A stretch of 64,000 nt of DNA, from contig JAQGDQ010000256.1 of the NCBI GenBank assembly GCA_030141605.1, forward strand, positions 1-64,000. The letters run 5' to 3'. The DNA comes from Tubiluchus corallicola. Lineage: Eukaryota > Animalia > Priapulida. The position numbers and the translations under genes are program-made. Shown in pieces: positions 1 through 15,379 of the stretch. Numbering within the stretch: position 1 is the first letter of the stretch; each line of letters opens with the position of its first letter. The notes below the pieces were generated by a model. That model made no database searches, was not told the DNA's origin, and worked only from the letters and a program-made list of their open reading frames with translations.

Positions 1-59
1 TACAAACAATAGCAAAATACTCAATGAAAAATTATTTTAAAGCACTTATTATAATTTTA

Positions 60-370
60 AACACTTGCTGTGCAAGAATGTAGCCACTGTCTTTTACATC
101 TGGTGCTGGTCTGATTAATAACAGAAAGATTTCTGAGGAAATTAAAATACAAATCAGCCAGTCTGAAACTGCATTTCTTGCGAAATTGCCACAAATTAAA
201 TTATATGAATACAAGAACGCTGATATGTATTAATTAATCTGTCATGAGGCAATGATGAATGGCGAAATTTGAAGTCCCGCTATTTCTGAAAGTGCTGAGT
301 CCGCAACTATGTTAACACAACGTGGACAAGAGCGCATGTTCTGGATGTGAAAGATGCGGACACCAAGTTG
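60..370 (+). mobile_element. Possible decayed 3' fragment of a non-LTR retrotransposon (LINE) ORF2
   Basis: Broken frames give ISEEIKIQISQSETAF (cf. EIxxRIxxAxxAF) and TWTRAHVLDV (cf. RWxGHVxRM), motifs found downstream of LINE RT domains. Many stops; weak similarity. Confidence 0.25.
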
Positions 371-435
371 TTGGCACTGAAATCATAGGTACTGAGGTAC
401 AGGGTGCTAAGGTTTAGGATTCATAAAACAACGTC

Positions 436-950
436 TTTTGGTTGGTTGCCCAGCTGGCTGGCTAGCTGTTTGTTTGATTGATTGATTGGTTGGTCGGTTG
501 GTTGGTTGGTTGGTTGGCTGATTGTTCGGTCGGTTGGTCGGTCGGTCGGTCGGTCGGTCGGTCGGTCGGTCGGTCGGTCGGTCGGTCGGTGGATGGATGG
601 ATGGATGGATGGATGGATGGATGGATGGATGGATGGATGGATGGATGGATGGATGGATGGATGGATGGATGGATGGTGTATGGATGGATTGATTGATCGG
701 TTGATCGGTTGGTTGGTAGGTTCGTTAGTGGGTTGGTTGGTTGGCTGGCTGATTGGTTGTGTGGTTGATTTATCGGTCGGTCGGTCGCCCGGTTGGATGG
801 TCGGCCAGCTGGTTGGCTGGCTGGCTGGCTGGCTGGTGGTTGGTTGGTTGGTTGGTTGGTTGGTTGGTTGATTGGTTGGTTGGTTGGTTGGTTGGGCGGT
901 TGGTTGGGCGGTTGGTTGGTTGGTTGGTTGATTGATTGGTTTATTGGCTA
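436..950. repeat. Compound tetranucleotide microsatellite (GGTT/GGTC/GGAT/GGCT)n
   Basis: Successive visible blocks of ggtt, ggtc, ggat and ggct/ggtt; degenerate copies continue to ~1190. Confidence 0.97.
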
Positions 951-1429
951 ATTAGCGAACTGACCAGTTAACTTATCTAGAAGATGGATGATTGACATAC
1001 CGCTTAGCTGCTAATTTGTTAGTTGGTTGCTCGAATTTTATTGGTTTAATTTGGTCACTAGCTGTGCGCTGCTTTGTAGTTAGTATTTTGGCTAACTTTG
1101 TCGGCCGGTCAGTTGTTCGGTTGGCCAAAAAAACAAGAAGCCAGTTGTCTGAGAAATGAACATAAAAGGAACTGGCTAGTTGACTGTTTATCTGGCGAGT
1201 ATCCACAGAAGTATGAACCCACGATCACCTCTACGAATTCCATTTAAACTGATTTATTGTACGTGATCGCTAATTTTAGCGCAGAAGAGAGCTTAATTCA
1301 ATTTCAACCCGCAAAACTATTTCGTCTATTGTCACGTCGTGTTGTCTTTTCGAATTTTAATTACTTCACCATTCTAATAAAAGGCAGTAACTAGGGGGCC
1401 AATACTAACTGTAGATCTTTTGTTAATTT

Positions 1430-1590
1430 GTGGTGGTGGTGGGGGCGGCGGTGGTGGTGGTGGTGGTGGCGGCGGCGGTGGTGGTGGTGGTGGTAGTGGT
1501 AGTGGTGGTTTTGCTGGTTTTGGCGGAAGCGGTGGCTGTGCTCTTTCTTCTACTTCTTCTTCGTCTCTTTCTTCTTCTTTTTCTTTTCGT
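1430..1590. repeat. (GGT/GGC)n trinucleotide repeat followed by a (TTC)-rich tract
   Basis: Directly visible. Confidence 0.9.
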
Positions 1591-4500
1591 CATTACGAAA
1601 ATCTAAAGGTATTCATTCGAACTATCACGGCATTCTAAGTGCATAATTTATACTGTGCAAGCAACCAAAGCTAAATCTTTCTAACTAATCCAGCTGCAGT
1701 TAGAAAACTTAGAACGGTTGACAAGCTTAGTTTTCCTCAGACTACGAGAGAATCTTTCTGCAGTAAAATAGCAAAACAGCCTCATTATGCAAACACTATT
1801 TCTTTGTGCAAATATAGCGAAATTGTTTCATCATTGCTTCTTTGAGTTTCTGAAATTTGCGTCACCTACTACTCAGTAACAGCACTCGCTACGCATGCTA
1901 AATAGATAAGGCTTCCAAGCAAACTGTATATACATGATTCATGATTTGACATTGGCGAACAAAGTTTAAACGAAGCAGCTATTATCATTTCATTAGCAGT
2001 TAAACAGAAAGAAGGAGCATAATTAATTACATTCTGTTAGATATGTTGACACAGTTTCAATTTGAATAAATTTTAATGAATTTGTTTGTAATGGAAGTGG
2101 AGCTAGTCTCAGCATAATTTATCCCGTTAACTCAAATGAACTTGCCTATCATGTTTTAACTAAGTAAAATAATTGCTAGAATCAGTGGCAGCATAGCTAG
2201 CATATTGTCAGCACGCGGCCTTACAGTATAACTCAGTGCACTCTTAAATAGAGATGTACTTATCAAAAACCAAATCATCAGTAATATTGCAAAAAACTGA
2301 TAATTATTTAAACCTTGTCACGCGACAGATTAGTTTACAATTGAAAACAGCTGTGATTTCTAAAGGATTTCTTGGTTTCAGAAAAGCTTGGCTAAGATTC
2401 AGCTGTATTCGACCCATTCTATGAATGAGACATAAGTGATCACGCATGTCATGCGTCGCCGTTGTCGTCATCGTCATAGTAGTGCACCAACGTGCACCAG
2501 TATTCTCTAACAAACGTATTATTAATCTTATCGACAATATTTATAGCAATTTATGCTGTTGCTTTGTTAGTGAAGAGTGTACTTCAAATGCTCTCTTTAT
2601 TTTTTAAAACTTCACGCAATGTTACTTAAACTTTTTTGCAATGACTTTCTATCAAAATGGCTGCGCCTAAGGGTTATTGTATGAGTTTAAATTTACAAGT
2701 TTTATACAGCTTTGCGGCTAACGCAAGCACTCTGTGCAATAAGGTAAGTGATATAAATTAGATAATTTTTCGGCTTTATTTAAATGATGGGTTTTCTTGT
2801 GCTTTAACAACATACAATTCGCCTATTTCAATTGAATTACTAAACGCTTGCAAAATTCTTATCAATTTATCCGTTTAAACACCAATGATGGCGATATGTC
2901 AACGTTTCTGTTGATATATATTCTTAACTGCAGCATCTGCACAATCAGTTTCTTGATTTAATGATATACGAAAAGTAGAAGGGATCAATCCACATAGCGG
3001 AGAAACGAACTTTATAACAACTGGAAACGTGTATCGATTAGGCACAGACTAGCTCATTTTGGGAAAATCTAGCGTAGGATTCGAGTGTTCTCCTTAGTCA
3101 AGGCAATTCAAGCCGATAACAAATACAACAACCAAGGAAATTTCTAACAAAGAGGATTTAAATTTACAAAGGTCACAGCGGCACTGGGTTGTATTCTACA
3201 TTTCACAGAGGGTTTTTTTTGTGCGAGATTCTTAACAAAATAACCCGGTGATGTCTCCCAATCTTCGGAATATTGTTAGTCTTTTTATAACTATCTATAT
3301 TTCGCACGATTTTTGCATACGCTATACACATGCATATTACGAATACATGTAGAGACGAAATATGAAAAAAAGAAATATTTAGAACATGACATCATTCTTA
3401 TCTGTGTGTGATAGCTAATGGTGTGCGCTAGATTTCATGTAAACGTATATAATGGGTTGACTACAGTCCATTAAGAAGAATGCTAAATTTCTCTTGCACA
3501 ACACGAGCAGTTTATTAAATGGTTTGAATAAAATGACATGGCTTTAGGAAAATCTGCATGTCTCTTCTTGTGTCTGAGAACTAAACAATGCAGAAACGCA
3601 AGGCAAACATGTTTTATGATATCTAAGCACAAAATAAGCCATTTTAAAACTTAGCATACAAGACACCACAAGCAGTTAAAGATGCTCATTTATATATAAC
3701 TGCCAGCTTAAAAAGAATTATAGACTTATCACACCCTAAATTACCAACTGAGTATTGATTGTGCAAACTGGACTTTTTACACTCTCGGGTTTAAAGAGTT
3801 AATTATGAATGAAAAGAAGGAGACAACAAATCTCATCCAAAACAAACAACATCTAATTTGAAAATTATTTCACTTATTTGTTTTGTACTATTGCTTTTCG
3901 TTTATACCAGTTTAATAGGACCATGGTAGTACATTCAATTTAAGTCTTAAAGAACATTTAAAAGGCACTAAAATCATTACTCAATGTGGATTAATGCTTA
4001 AGTGAACCTTAGAAAGACCTTGGTGTTCATACCATGGTTTACAACTTGTTTTTTTTACTCCATGGCAGCAGTACGTAGAGCTACTCTGCCTGAAAGCCTG
4101 CATGTGTGAATTGTACACGCACAGTTTAGTCAATGAGATGCAAAATGCAGTCTATTGGTTAAAAAAGCCTTTTTGGACGTGCTTATGGTCTGGAACACGC
4201 GGGTACTTTATCGTCTGTGTATTCTGAAGAAAACGCATAGCTACAAACACAAACGTAAGTTTGATAGCTTGCTTACTGGCTGATAGCTAATTTGTTAGTC
4301 TGTTGGTCGGTCAGTGTTTCATTTTTTAGAATGTTTTGGGGCTTAAATTTTGTGAACATTACTGCGTAATTCATACACGTTACGAACACTTCAGGTTGCA
4401 TTAGAGTTAATGGGTCATGTAATATCCTTTCACCTGCCTATTAGTAACTTCGCACGCAACGATCAGTTTGAGCGCAAGTATTCTATGTTTGAGAGTCACG

Positions 4501-7500
4501 CGAACCAAAATTTGTGTCTATGAAAAGTTGTCTGCTCTAAAATTATCGGCTTTTATGCACTCAACGACTTGTTAGAGCTGAATAAGGAATGGTCGTTAAA
4601 ATATTCTGTGGAATAAATTAGGTTCCCAGATCATAGTGTTAAAAAAATTAAAAGTTTTAGCAGTTATTCACTTTTACAGTTTAAGAACTTCTCAAAGCCA
4701 AGCAATCGAACAAGAATCTGATATTTGCAGCAGACGCATTCTGCTCAATCTAATACTGTGTTACCGCATTATGAACTTTTAAACAAGTTTTTCCGCAATA
4801 AAGTTTCCGGCAAGAACTAATATTTCTTACAATCTCTTGGACTTCCTGTAATTTTAAATCTCAGTGGTATCCAAGCTACGTATTCTACCTTTTGATTGAT
4901 TTGGCTTTAGACATTCTGCCCGTGGAAAATTACCTGTTTACAGACTTCGAACTGAAGACAACGAAATTAAGGAAAACGAGCAAAACAAAAAAGCAGACCT
5001 TTTCATGCAACATTGCAACATTGATTTCACTTTCGTTTTCCCAAATTAACCCGTTTCTGAGACTGCGCTTTTGACATCTAGCAGAAAATGCTTCATTGCT
5101 TGATGAGTTTTTGTATAAAGAGAAACCTTTGAACGTGGTTATTATAAATCATTTCTTAATGTCACCTTTGCAAGACAGTTTGTAAAGCGAAAATATGATA
5201 AAGTCTCGCGAGCAAAGTCTTTTTTAAAACTACAGTGACACTGTCAGTCAAATCGACAGAAAAATGCGAGGACAAAAATACGTATATATGCATAATTGGG
5301 CCTACTTTAGCTTTTCATTTGTGCTATACTGAATGAGTTATTCCAGCAGCCTTCCTACAAAACGTTGACGTTAACATAGCTTTAATTAAAGCACAAGAAA
5401 ACACTCCACTTACATAAAGCGTAAAAATTCGTCTTGAAATTTTATACCACTTACATGCTACCTTTTTGCATACAAGGCTTGCATCGACTGTAGCGCTGTA
5501 TAAAATATGTAAATTTAAACTCCCGCGGTGACCGTTAGACCATTTGAAACCAGTTTAGATAACATTGTGTAAAGTTTGAAAAAATAATCAGAGCATTCGT
5601 AGCGCACACGTCAGTAACTAAGTAAAATTTTAAATTACTGTATCTAGTCAATAAGATCAAAAGTACGTTTTTGGTTAATGAGTGGTGCACCCTGGAGGCG
5701 AGTCAACGACATTTTACCAATTGGTGAAAGCATTTTAAATAAGACGTCATGTAATAGTGCGGCTGGAACAGTATTACGCGAGATTTAAAATGAAAACAAA
5801 CAAAAAATCGTTTCAATGCTAGTACGATATACGCACAAAACTGCTATAAAGTAATATAATTTTTAAGGCGATTGTTCTGAAACCTACTTCAGGTACCCCT
5901 TTTCTTGTCCTTTAAAGCAACAGCTCGTCCAATGATAATTAGAATAGAGCATAGCTTAGTACATGTTTGGTGTGGCAAAGCAGCGATATTTTAAATTCCC
6001 GGTTAAGTTAATTTATCTTCTGCAATATAAAAAATAAGTCATTACACGTGATTGCCATTTTAGCGCAATAACACAAGCAGCAAGTACATCTATTCTCTTT
6101 TACAACCTTTTTATCGCCAGCTCTAATCCTGCTTGTGTGATCAATGTCTTTGGCTGTGCTGTTAACGCGATAAATTACAGCCGAGAAAGTGGCAAACTGT
6201 TTATCTTTGAATGCAAACTTTGCATTATACCATGGAACCAAAGACCGTGTGACTTTTGAACAAAATATAATTTAAAATAAATTAAGCGCACACTTCATAA
6301 AGTACTGTGTGGAGACTCATTGTTGTCGATACGTTACAGGCAAAGTGCCCTTGTGCTTAATGAATCCGTGCTTTATACTGTAACACTCGTTTAGTTTTAT
6401 TAAACGCAACTATAGCAAGTTTTCATTTTACTAAAATTGTTATTTTAACCATGACACACTTACGATTGTAGCTTAATAATTTAAAGTAACATGTTTGTTA
6501 ACTAGTTCGAATTCACTTGTTATGTACATTTAGACTAATAAGCGCTGACACATATAAGCGGGTATATCTATATGTCATGCAAAGGTACATAAAAGAATAG
6601 TCTGCAACTAAATCTGTGTCAATGACTTGGCGCCCTCAAAAGCCAAAAAAATTTTGGCAGCGAAATATTGCAGGATTGTCAAGTGAAAAGTGCTGGCAGT
6701 ATTACTTGAGGATGCTGAGGTACTAATTACTGGACCATAACCACAGATGCAATTTTACTTGTTGAACCCGATCGCAGAATTCAAATCCAAATCATGACAA
6801 AGTTGTTATTCAAGTTTCCATTTTTAGTTATTGAAGTTGTAAATGTAAAATTCCAATAAGATAGCAGAATCTTAATAAAAAGAGCAGAATCAGTTCGTTA
6901 TTGCGAAGCAATGGTTTTCACAGTTTTTCACTAACAGATTGACTTTCATTGCAATTGTTCAGAGACAAAAAACAGTAGAAAATCGCGATCAATGTTGGTA
7001 AATGACTTCAGCAATCTCGCAAAATGTTTGCCTTCGTCAGCTATGTAGAAAAGCGATTGTGTCAATAATCCGAAATCAAAGAATTTTCTGTGGATTTTTG
7101 GTGTAGTGCATTGCAATCATTGTTTTAATACATTTTCTTATTCACAACAGAGTGTTACCACACATTGCAAGTTGAAAAGAGGTACAGCATGTAAATGTAT
7201 TGTGTCTTATGAGGATTTTCTGGTCCATTTGGAGTTATTTTTACATCAAAATTGTTCCGATAGTAAACAAAACCAGCAACCATTTTTAATTGAATATTCG
7301 TCAATTTCTAAGCGAGTATTGAGCCCAAGCGTCAGCCGCCCATTCACTGAACAACTTCTCGGTTGCTAAACTATGGTCGTAAAGCACTCATGTGGCTATT
7401 CCGCCATTCATCTTCCTCCACAACAGTATAAATATAACGCAACTACCAATGAGCGGCTATCACCATAGGCATAAATGTCGTTGGCCCTTTTTATTGACTT

Positions 7501-9090
7501 CGTCACCGTAGTTTGTTGTCATTTAATCGTGCTAGCTTCATTGCACCATCATTGTCATCATCATTGTCATCATCCTATTTACTATACCTGCCCCTCGCCA
7601 TTTGGTTGCCAGAGTCATCGGACGATCACTGTGATACGCGCGACCGGTTACAGAGCACAAGCTGAAAATATGTCCAAACAGGAATTTACTTGAAATCTAT
7701 ATTTGCTTTCAGCATCAATTTCGCTAAAGTGCTGTTTCTTACTTTATATGTAAATTTACGCCTTGCACTTGAGTCACAAACACTATTGGGAAGACAGAAA
7801 ATTTTTCCCAGAAGCTAAAAATCGTTATAAGTTACAATACAATTACATGATGCACCTCTTTTCAACACGTGGCTAGTTATGTAAAACCTAAGATCATATG
7901 TGACAACTCAAACATAATAAATTCCTCACACAGGTAATAAAAAGCAATTAACGCTTACATAATGTAGTAAGGTAAAAATCCTACCTTAAATGTAACTTTA
8001 ACGCAGGTTAACATGCTAAATTCCTCTATCCTAGGTGATCTGTTTGCATCACAGCAACTAGTTCAGTTTATTAGATACGTCAGCCTGTATATGGCAATAT
8101 ACTAACCACTGGACTAACAATGTTTAGTGTACAGTGTTTTGTTTTATTTTATAGCTGTTTTTATTTGCTTTTTATTCGAGTTTGTTGATTTTTTCCACTA
8201 TCACCAGCTGTTGTTTTCGATCTTTCATGCAATTGTTGCGTATTGCTATTTGACAGTGAATAAATATACTATTGTATTAGTATTAGGTAGCGACTTTTCT
8301 AAATTTAGTCCGCTAGTTCGTGCGAAATACCTTTATTTCTTTTCACTTTTCCTACTGCACTATGTTTCTTGATTATAAATTATCCATATCAACAAGAAAT
8401 CTATGAATACAATTCTTTCTCCACCATAAGAAGTATTCAATAATATAATTTAAAATCGCCCTAGTCATTTTTAAGACTTACAGACTACACTATACTGTTT
8501 ACGTTTAGGAAATCTTTTTCAACAATACTAACAACTGCTGAAATTATTGAAAACATGCTCAGTACCCTTGATAGTAACGCAATTGCAAGCAGCATTTTTA
8601 GACTTTTCGAAAGTATTTCACATTGTTTCACATAATGATTCTCTTCATAAATTAAATTACCTTCTATGGGATTTGAAATCCTGCTCATGGCTTTATGAAA
8701 AGGGCTTATAAATGAATTTTAAATAAAGTATGGTATAAGTTTAAAAACGTTTTTTGTCGCATTTTTAATTGTTCTGACAATTGAGCCTTCGAAACTTGAA
8801 TTAGTCACAACCAGCATCATGCTCTTATAAATGCTTCAAAAGCTTTTGAACCTTCTATTCAAGTTTTGAAAGTTTTAGGATTTTTTATAGTAAGCGGACA
8901 CTGACACTCGCATACTTTAAATTCTGGCTAGAAAATACCAGCAGTTAAAAGACAGTGCATTCGAAAATCAACTTTGGTTTGAAGGAGGCTTATATTATTG
9001 TGAATGTACCATACTTTCATTTGTGACTTGCTTTACCTGCAGAGAGTGAAACAATGAGGTGGAGGAGAGAGCGAGAGTCAAGAAAAGAAT

Positions 9091-9099
9091 GAGAGAGGG

Positions 9100-9152
<53 letters not shown>
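9091..9152. repeat. (AG)n microsatellite
   Basis: Directly visible. Confidence 0.97.
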
Positions 9153-9157
<5 letters not shown>

Positions 9158-9943
9158 GTTCAAGGTTTTTGATGCATACCGAACTTTTATTGAAATGGAA
9201 GGAAAAAGTTTCATTTTCATAGCCTCTCGTCAGAATTGTATTAACTTCGAGCGTATACTGCTTAAGCATTTGAAAATTTCACATTACAGATTTTCTAAAT
9301 TCTACAAGCATTCCTGGCAATATAGTGAGTGGTTCGATACTATCCACTCAAAGAAAAGTGCAGAGCCGTTAGGCGAAATTCACGCCTTTACTGGAAACAC
9401 TTTAGATTGAATCAAATAAGAGCAACCGTCTTCGACAGCTTAAATATCTGGCATGACCTCGTATGAGTAATTTTAATTTTTGGGTATATTCTCTTGTGAA
9501 ATATCTATATAAAGAGTTCTCTTCCGCTAGAACACCTATCTCTTTCTCGTTCTTAGTGTAATAATAAGATTTTAACCAGTTTTTACATTGAGACGTCACA
9601 ATAGAGTTACTCCTTGTTCTAAATTTTGCGAAAAAAGAACGACTCATGACAACGATAAACAGTGTTTTAAATGACATATCGAGGCAGTAATTATGAGAAT
9701 TACCCAATGCTTCGTCTTTCCAGACTAGTTTTTACAAATGTCGTCTCTAACTTGCAGTTCTAGGGGATTTTGGCTTCATTCTGTTGCAGTCACGATTTAA
9801 TATTGCGTGTCTCTGGATACACTCTCAAGGTTCAGTGAGTAAGAATACTGCAAAGCCTGGCTTAAACTTGTGTCGAAAATTGAAGCTAATACTGCTTAGT
9901 CACCACAAATACAAAAATAGTCTTTAAATAGCAGAAAAGCAGT

Positions 9944-10663
9944 GCCGTGTGTCGGCCGAATCACTGCTGAAAATAAGATGATCGGCAGTAACCAGTCAGC
10001 CTTTCCAGTAATCGGTCACTTGTTCGGAGATGAGTTTTCTAAAGATGAAATACCGGCAATCGGATCGGAATCGGTGACTTTAGTATCGGATCCACGGTGA
10101 TGTATAAATTGTTTATCTATGACTGCAGATGGCACCCATGTTTGTAAAAAAGGATTTCCGTATCTCCCGAGGTGGGAATTTTCAACAAATAGGTGCTTAC
10201 AGTTTACACATGTTTATTTTACGATTTTATCTGAAATTTACAATTATAACGTCAGTTACAAAGATAATTCTATGATTTTAAGATTATATCACTTATTTAG
10301 TATACATGGACAAATTTAATACATAGTACAAAATAAACAGTACTAGTAGGCAATGCCAAATGCGTTGGTAACATGCAGCCTTTTACACGTTGCATAATTT
10401 AACTTGTATTGATACATAAGAACTGTAACGAATTTTTTTTTTAATTTTTGATGAGAATGTGCAAAAAACATGCATGCGAAAAAAATCTTTGCGTGATACC
10501 AGGTAGGCAACTGATCGGGTTTTTAAAAAAAATGTGATCGGTGAATCAGTCGGACATCGAGTTAAAAAACTGTAATCGGCGATCGACAGAAGATGAGTTT
10601 TTGAGAAAAAATGATCAGCAATCAGGCCGGGATCGATAAACCTGAGATCCGAACAACACGGTG
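9944..10663. mobile_element. Non-autonomous DNA transposon (MITE-like) with ATCGG subterminal repeats
   Basis: Left end tgccgtgtgtcgg; right end ccgaacaacacggtg (reverse complement caccgtgttgttcgg). Clusters of atcgg/gatcgg at 9980-10095 and 10514-10640. No ORF. Confidence 0.45.
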
Positions 10664-12652
10664 GAAAAGACAGTTCTTATATTTTAATTAACGTAAATAA
10701 AATTATACTTTGTCTTCAATTTTTGCTCCAATGTGTTGCAAATTAGCAAAAGTACTCCTCTGCTTAACAGCAAATAGAAAACGACGTTGTTTTATTGTGA
10801 AATTAGTTACATGTTTAGAAAATAATAATATTAAGAAAGATTACTGAGAAAATGATGAAATAAACACACAATTATTGAATTTTGAAATCATTCTTTAACA
10901 CAATTCAAAGGCTTCTGCTACAAATCCAACCTCAGCTCCGACTTTTCCTTTCCTTTTTTTCAAGCTAGACTCCAGCTTTGAGTTTTACACCATTCTTTGA
11001 AAAAAATTTCGAACAAATCTAACTCTTTCAAAAAGCAAGGTCATTGCTTGCGTCAAGCATATAGGGTATATGCGGACTAAACACATTTCATTGATCAGAA
11101 AGTTCCAGCATTATTTGTCACGAATTCATTATTTTCCAGGATAATAGAAAAATGGGAATTGCAGCTCCCAGTGGATATTTTATCAAAGAAAGGTTCCATC
11201 ACAGACAATTTTTTCTCAACACAACACTGAAATTTGCGAAACCATGTCGCCCTTATATTCGGACAGTGCGACAAGTTGCTGTCTGAAAAAGCGGCAATTT
11301 TATGTAAATGCGTAATATAGCTTCACATAGTCTGTTCAAGTCTTAGTTACATTACATACAATACGATGACTGTCAAAAATAGTGACACTTTACCAGTAGA
11401 TGTGTAATCTGTTCAAATCTTACATGTAAATTAAAACTAGAATTCTGCAGACCTGCATTCCATATTCAACAGAATTATTATTTAACCAGCTATTGAATTC
11501 ATATCGTTTTAACATGCTAGTTTAAATCCGCGAGTCATTTCTTCATTGCAGGATTTTATCCCTGAACTCTCAGACTGAGCACCTCTTACTGCTTCATCAA
11601 AAATTAACACAAGAAAGAAATGTCAGTTTCGTTGCGATTAGATGCTTTCGCTACTCGCCGAGATTGTTGACAGAGTTTCAGCGACCTAATATAAGCGAGG
11701 CTAGTTCAACAGCCTGTGACATACCCAAAATTTTGCATAATTTCGACTACTTGGCAGGCATAGATAACAGTACCCTATCTGTCTATTATATCGTCACACT
11801 TCGACAATTGCATATTGCAATTTATGAATAAAATAAAATCTTCTGTGTAAAATTCTGGCGCACCTCAACATAGTGTAATCGTCCTTACATTGTTCTATTT
11901 TTCGTAAATATCCCACTAAGCTCAATGAACTCAAAGTTTGCTATCTATCTATGTTACCACAGTGTCCATTTGGCAACTTCAATTCAGAAACAACTTCCAT
12001 GCTTGAAAAATCAATTGAAGTGGTTGACTTTTTTGCAATAAAGAAAGCAAAACACATCCTTTTTCACCATATCACTTCTACACAAACAACAATACAGAAT
12101 TACATAATGGTGCTTTATTTTTTTGTAATATCTATCTTTACAATGCCTTAATTATTAAAAGTCTTAAGAAGAAAGCCTTTTAGAGAAAGTGCCGGTTCCT
12201 CGTTGGTTTCTAACTGCTTGCTCAGAGTATTGATGTTACTGTTGTTTCTCAAAATACCTGGATATTCCCATAGATGCAAAATGGCTGCTTACTGGTAACT
12301 GTACAGCATATTTTGTTGTTAGCGCTTAATTGTAGAGTAAAGGTTATTTCCCTATGAACTACATTTTCACTTGCTTCCTTCAGAAGATCATCAACAGATA
12401 CACCTCATTAGTAGCAAATTAGATATATCCTATCTTTCTGGACTTGTAATTTATAGATTAAAAGTAACTGAAAATAACTCGCCCAGTATCTAACACATTG
12501 CGCTCTATGTTATTACGGAACAGGTGAACCGACTGGGCCAATCTGTTTTATACCTGATATTCACTGCCGCTATGTAATGGCTTCGTACGGACCAGTACCA
12601 TTACAGTGTAGAAGGGTCGATAGAAAACGTTGCATATACATATTGATAATAT

Positions 12653-12654
<2 letters not shown>

Positions 12655-12715
<61 letters not shown>

Positions 12716-12778
12716 TGCGTGCGTGTGCGTGCGTGTGCGTGTGCGTGTGCGTGTGCGTGTGCGTGCGTGCGTGCGTGT
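12655..12778. repeat. Compound (GT)n/(GCGT)n/(GTGCGT)n microsatellite
   Basis: Directly visible. Confidence 0.97.
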
Positions 12779-14988
12779 AACACGCATCTATACATACGCT
12801 ATAAAAAATATGTTACATCGCTACACATCGGGACTACCATCAGTACCACTTCCACCACCACTACCACCATTACTGTCACATCGTCACTGTTATCACCACT
12901 ACGGCCTCTAGTCATCGCCATGGTTAACAGGGGCTAAGTTACCTAAGGTTAAGTTTTTGAAGCCATTGTTTGTACACTTAGTGAGAGATGCTCCTGGCGC
13001 ATGAATAAATGATTGCCTACTACTGTAGCAGACTGACAAATGCAGTGACGAACCGCTGCTTCTGTACGAATTTACACTCGTGTTATAGATTTATTGTTTT
13101 CTGGGAATAAACGCAGATGGGTCCCTCTATCACTGTTGACAGGCAAAGACTTTTGCAATGAATTCACAGAGGTTGTATGCTTGCATGACTCAGCTTTCTA
13201 GCTCAGAGTTAAAAAAAGAGTTTGACCTGCTCAAAACAAACAGATTCGATCCAAGAATAGGCATGTGTCAGGTAGGCACATTTTGTCCTCAAAAATGTAA
13301 CATAACACTCAGTTCCAGCCACAGCGTAGAATATAATGAAAGAATAGAGACGTCCGAAATATTGCTGAAAAATAAAACTCATAATACTCAACTCATAAAG
13401 TCCATTATTTAGACCTATATTACATAAACATCTGAAAAATAGCTGATTCTTTTCTTAAAAAACGAGAAATTTTACGCTCAAACGTAAGCATCCACGAGAA
13501 TTTGATTATCATAGTTATTAAAACATTAAGACATCTGCAAGTATCATTAAGACAAACATATTACATTATACGGTAAGGTACACTCATCATTTTAATTCAA
13601 CAAACTGTTACTATTAATTTTGCAGCTTGCTAATGAAGGAAAGCCAGCAGGCACATGGAAATCGAAGAATACGGTTACTTCGTACGGCTTTATCACCTGA
13701 TCGTAGCATAATCATTCGATAAGTTTTGTGCAATTCATTACATTGATTTCGCGTAAACTTGCAACTATAGAGTCAACTGCACACTATTGGTTATAGTGGT
13801 ATGACCACTTTTGATAAAAGCGCCAAAATTGTGCAGCTGCAGTATTTCACATGGTATTTGAGGTGGTTCCACGAATATCACTAGTTATTTCCAGGAATTA
13901 TGCGAAAGTAACATTGGTGAAGATAATCCTGAACTTTCGTACTTTACATCTTTACAGAATGCGAAGAGTGGCTGAGGCAAAGTGTAAAATGAACATAATT
14001 CGTGCTAAATCCAAATTTTTCTAGATTTTTGTGCACTACCTAGGCATTGTATAGAACGCGTAAAATGCAAGGAGTTCAAGTAAGCAGGCGAGTTGGTCTT
14101 CTAAAAGAAATTGCATAGAAAATAAAATATAAGTGAGTGGCAACAAGTAAGTAATATAGTAGTCGATTTTAGAATAAATTATATGACTGCATATTTAAAA
14201 ATATTGTAAGCATTCGCTTTCTAGTTCACAGTTGAGTTCACAGTGTTCATTGCTTTATTTCCAATTCCAATTCAGTGTAATTTCTTTTATTTTAGAAATG
14301 GAGTAGTTTGGTCTTTCTGCACCCATCCTTTATGAAACGAAAGTAGAATGGAAGTACTAATGTTCTTGGATCTGGCACACCCTTTTTTCTCAGTTAATGG
14401 TTCCCAATAGAAAATCATCGGAACTATTTACTCTTCAGGTTGTCATGGTCTTCATGCTGGTCATGAATTCGTTGTTTTAATAAAAATTTAGAATGTGTCG
14501 TATATTATATTTCACGCTGTATATTAGCTGTTTCGCTCAAATATCGATAATGAAAACAAAAAGCAAATTATTTTATCAATTAGACGTTTTTGAATCTAAA
14601 AAAATTACTAGATCCAAAAAGAGCGCAAAAAAGGCTAAAACAGTCCAATAAGAAAAAATAAAATGGCCACCGGATTCTGTCCAGCAGAATGGTAGAAAAA
14701 TTACCCATTTCGCCTAAAACTTGTGAAACTTTGGACAATGGTAGAACTCATCAAAGAGATTAATATTGGATATGGAGTTAATCGAAAATTTTATTTGCGA
14801 AATTACGGACAAGATCTTTTTTTAACATATAAATGCAATATCTTAACTGCTAAAACAGGTAACGTGATGGTTTGGTGTGTACGTGTAGCCATGAAGCCAT
14901 GTTCATGAATGCTTGTAGTGCTTGCCAATACTGGTTCCAAACAGACTTGGCATGTGCAGACAGAGGAAAAAAGATGGCTTGGCCCGCA

Positions 14989-15224
<236 letters not shown>

Positions 15225-15379
15225 AACAGTAATAATATCATGTATATGTACATTACACGTGCAATATAAGGTCTGTCTCATAAACAAGTCTGCAGTAAGA
15301 AACAAATAGTTCAAGTCCGAATCGTTTTTTTAGATCCTGGTACATAGATAACGTAGATAATATTGCCTCCAAAACAATG

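Noticed and set aside
478-935. W/G/V-rich ORFs
   Set aside because: Translations of the tetranucleotide microsatellite.
2657-2978. ATG exon (MAAPKGYC...NK|GTAAGT) with a downstream acceptor at 2933
   Set aside because: The spliced product stops after ~43 aa with no recognisable motif; could be TE-derived or chance.
13158-13700. Possible two-exon plus-strand fragment (MNSQRL...GMCQ|LANEGKP...)
   Set aside because: Short, no family motif, early stop; not supportable.
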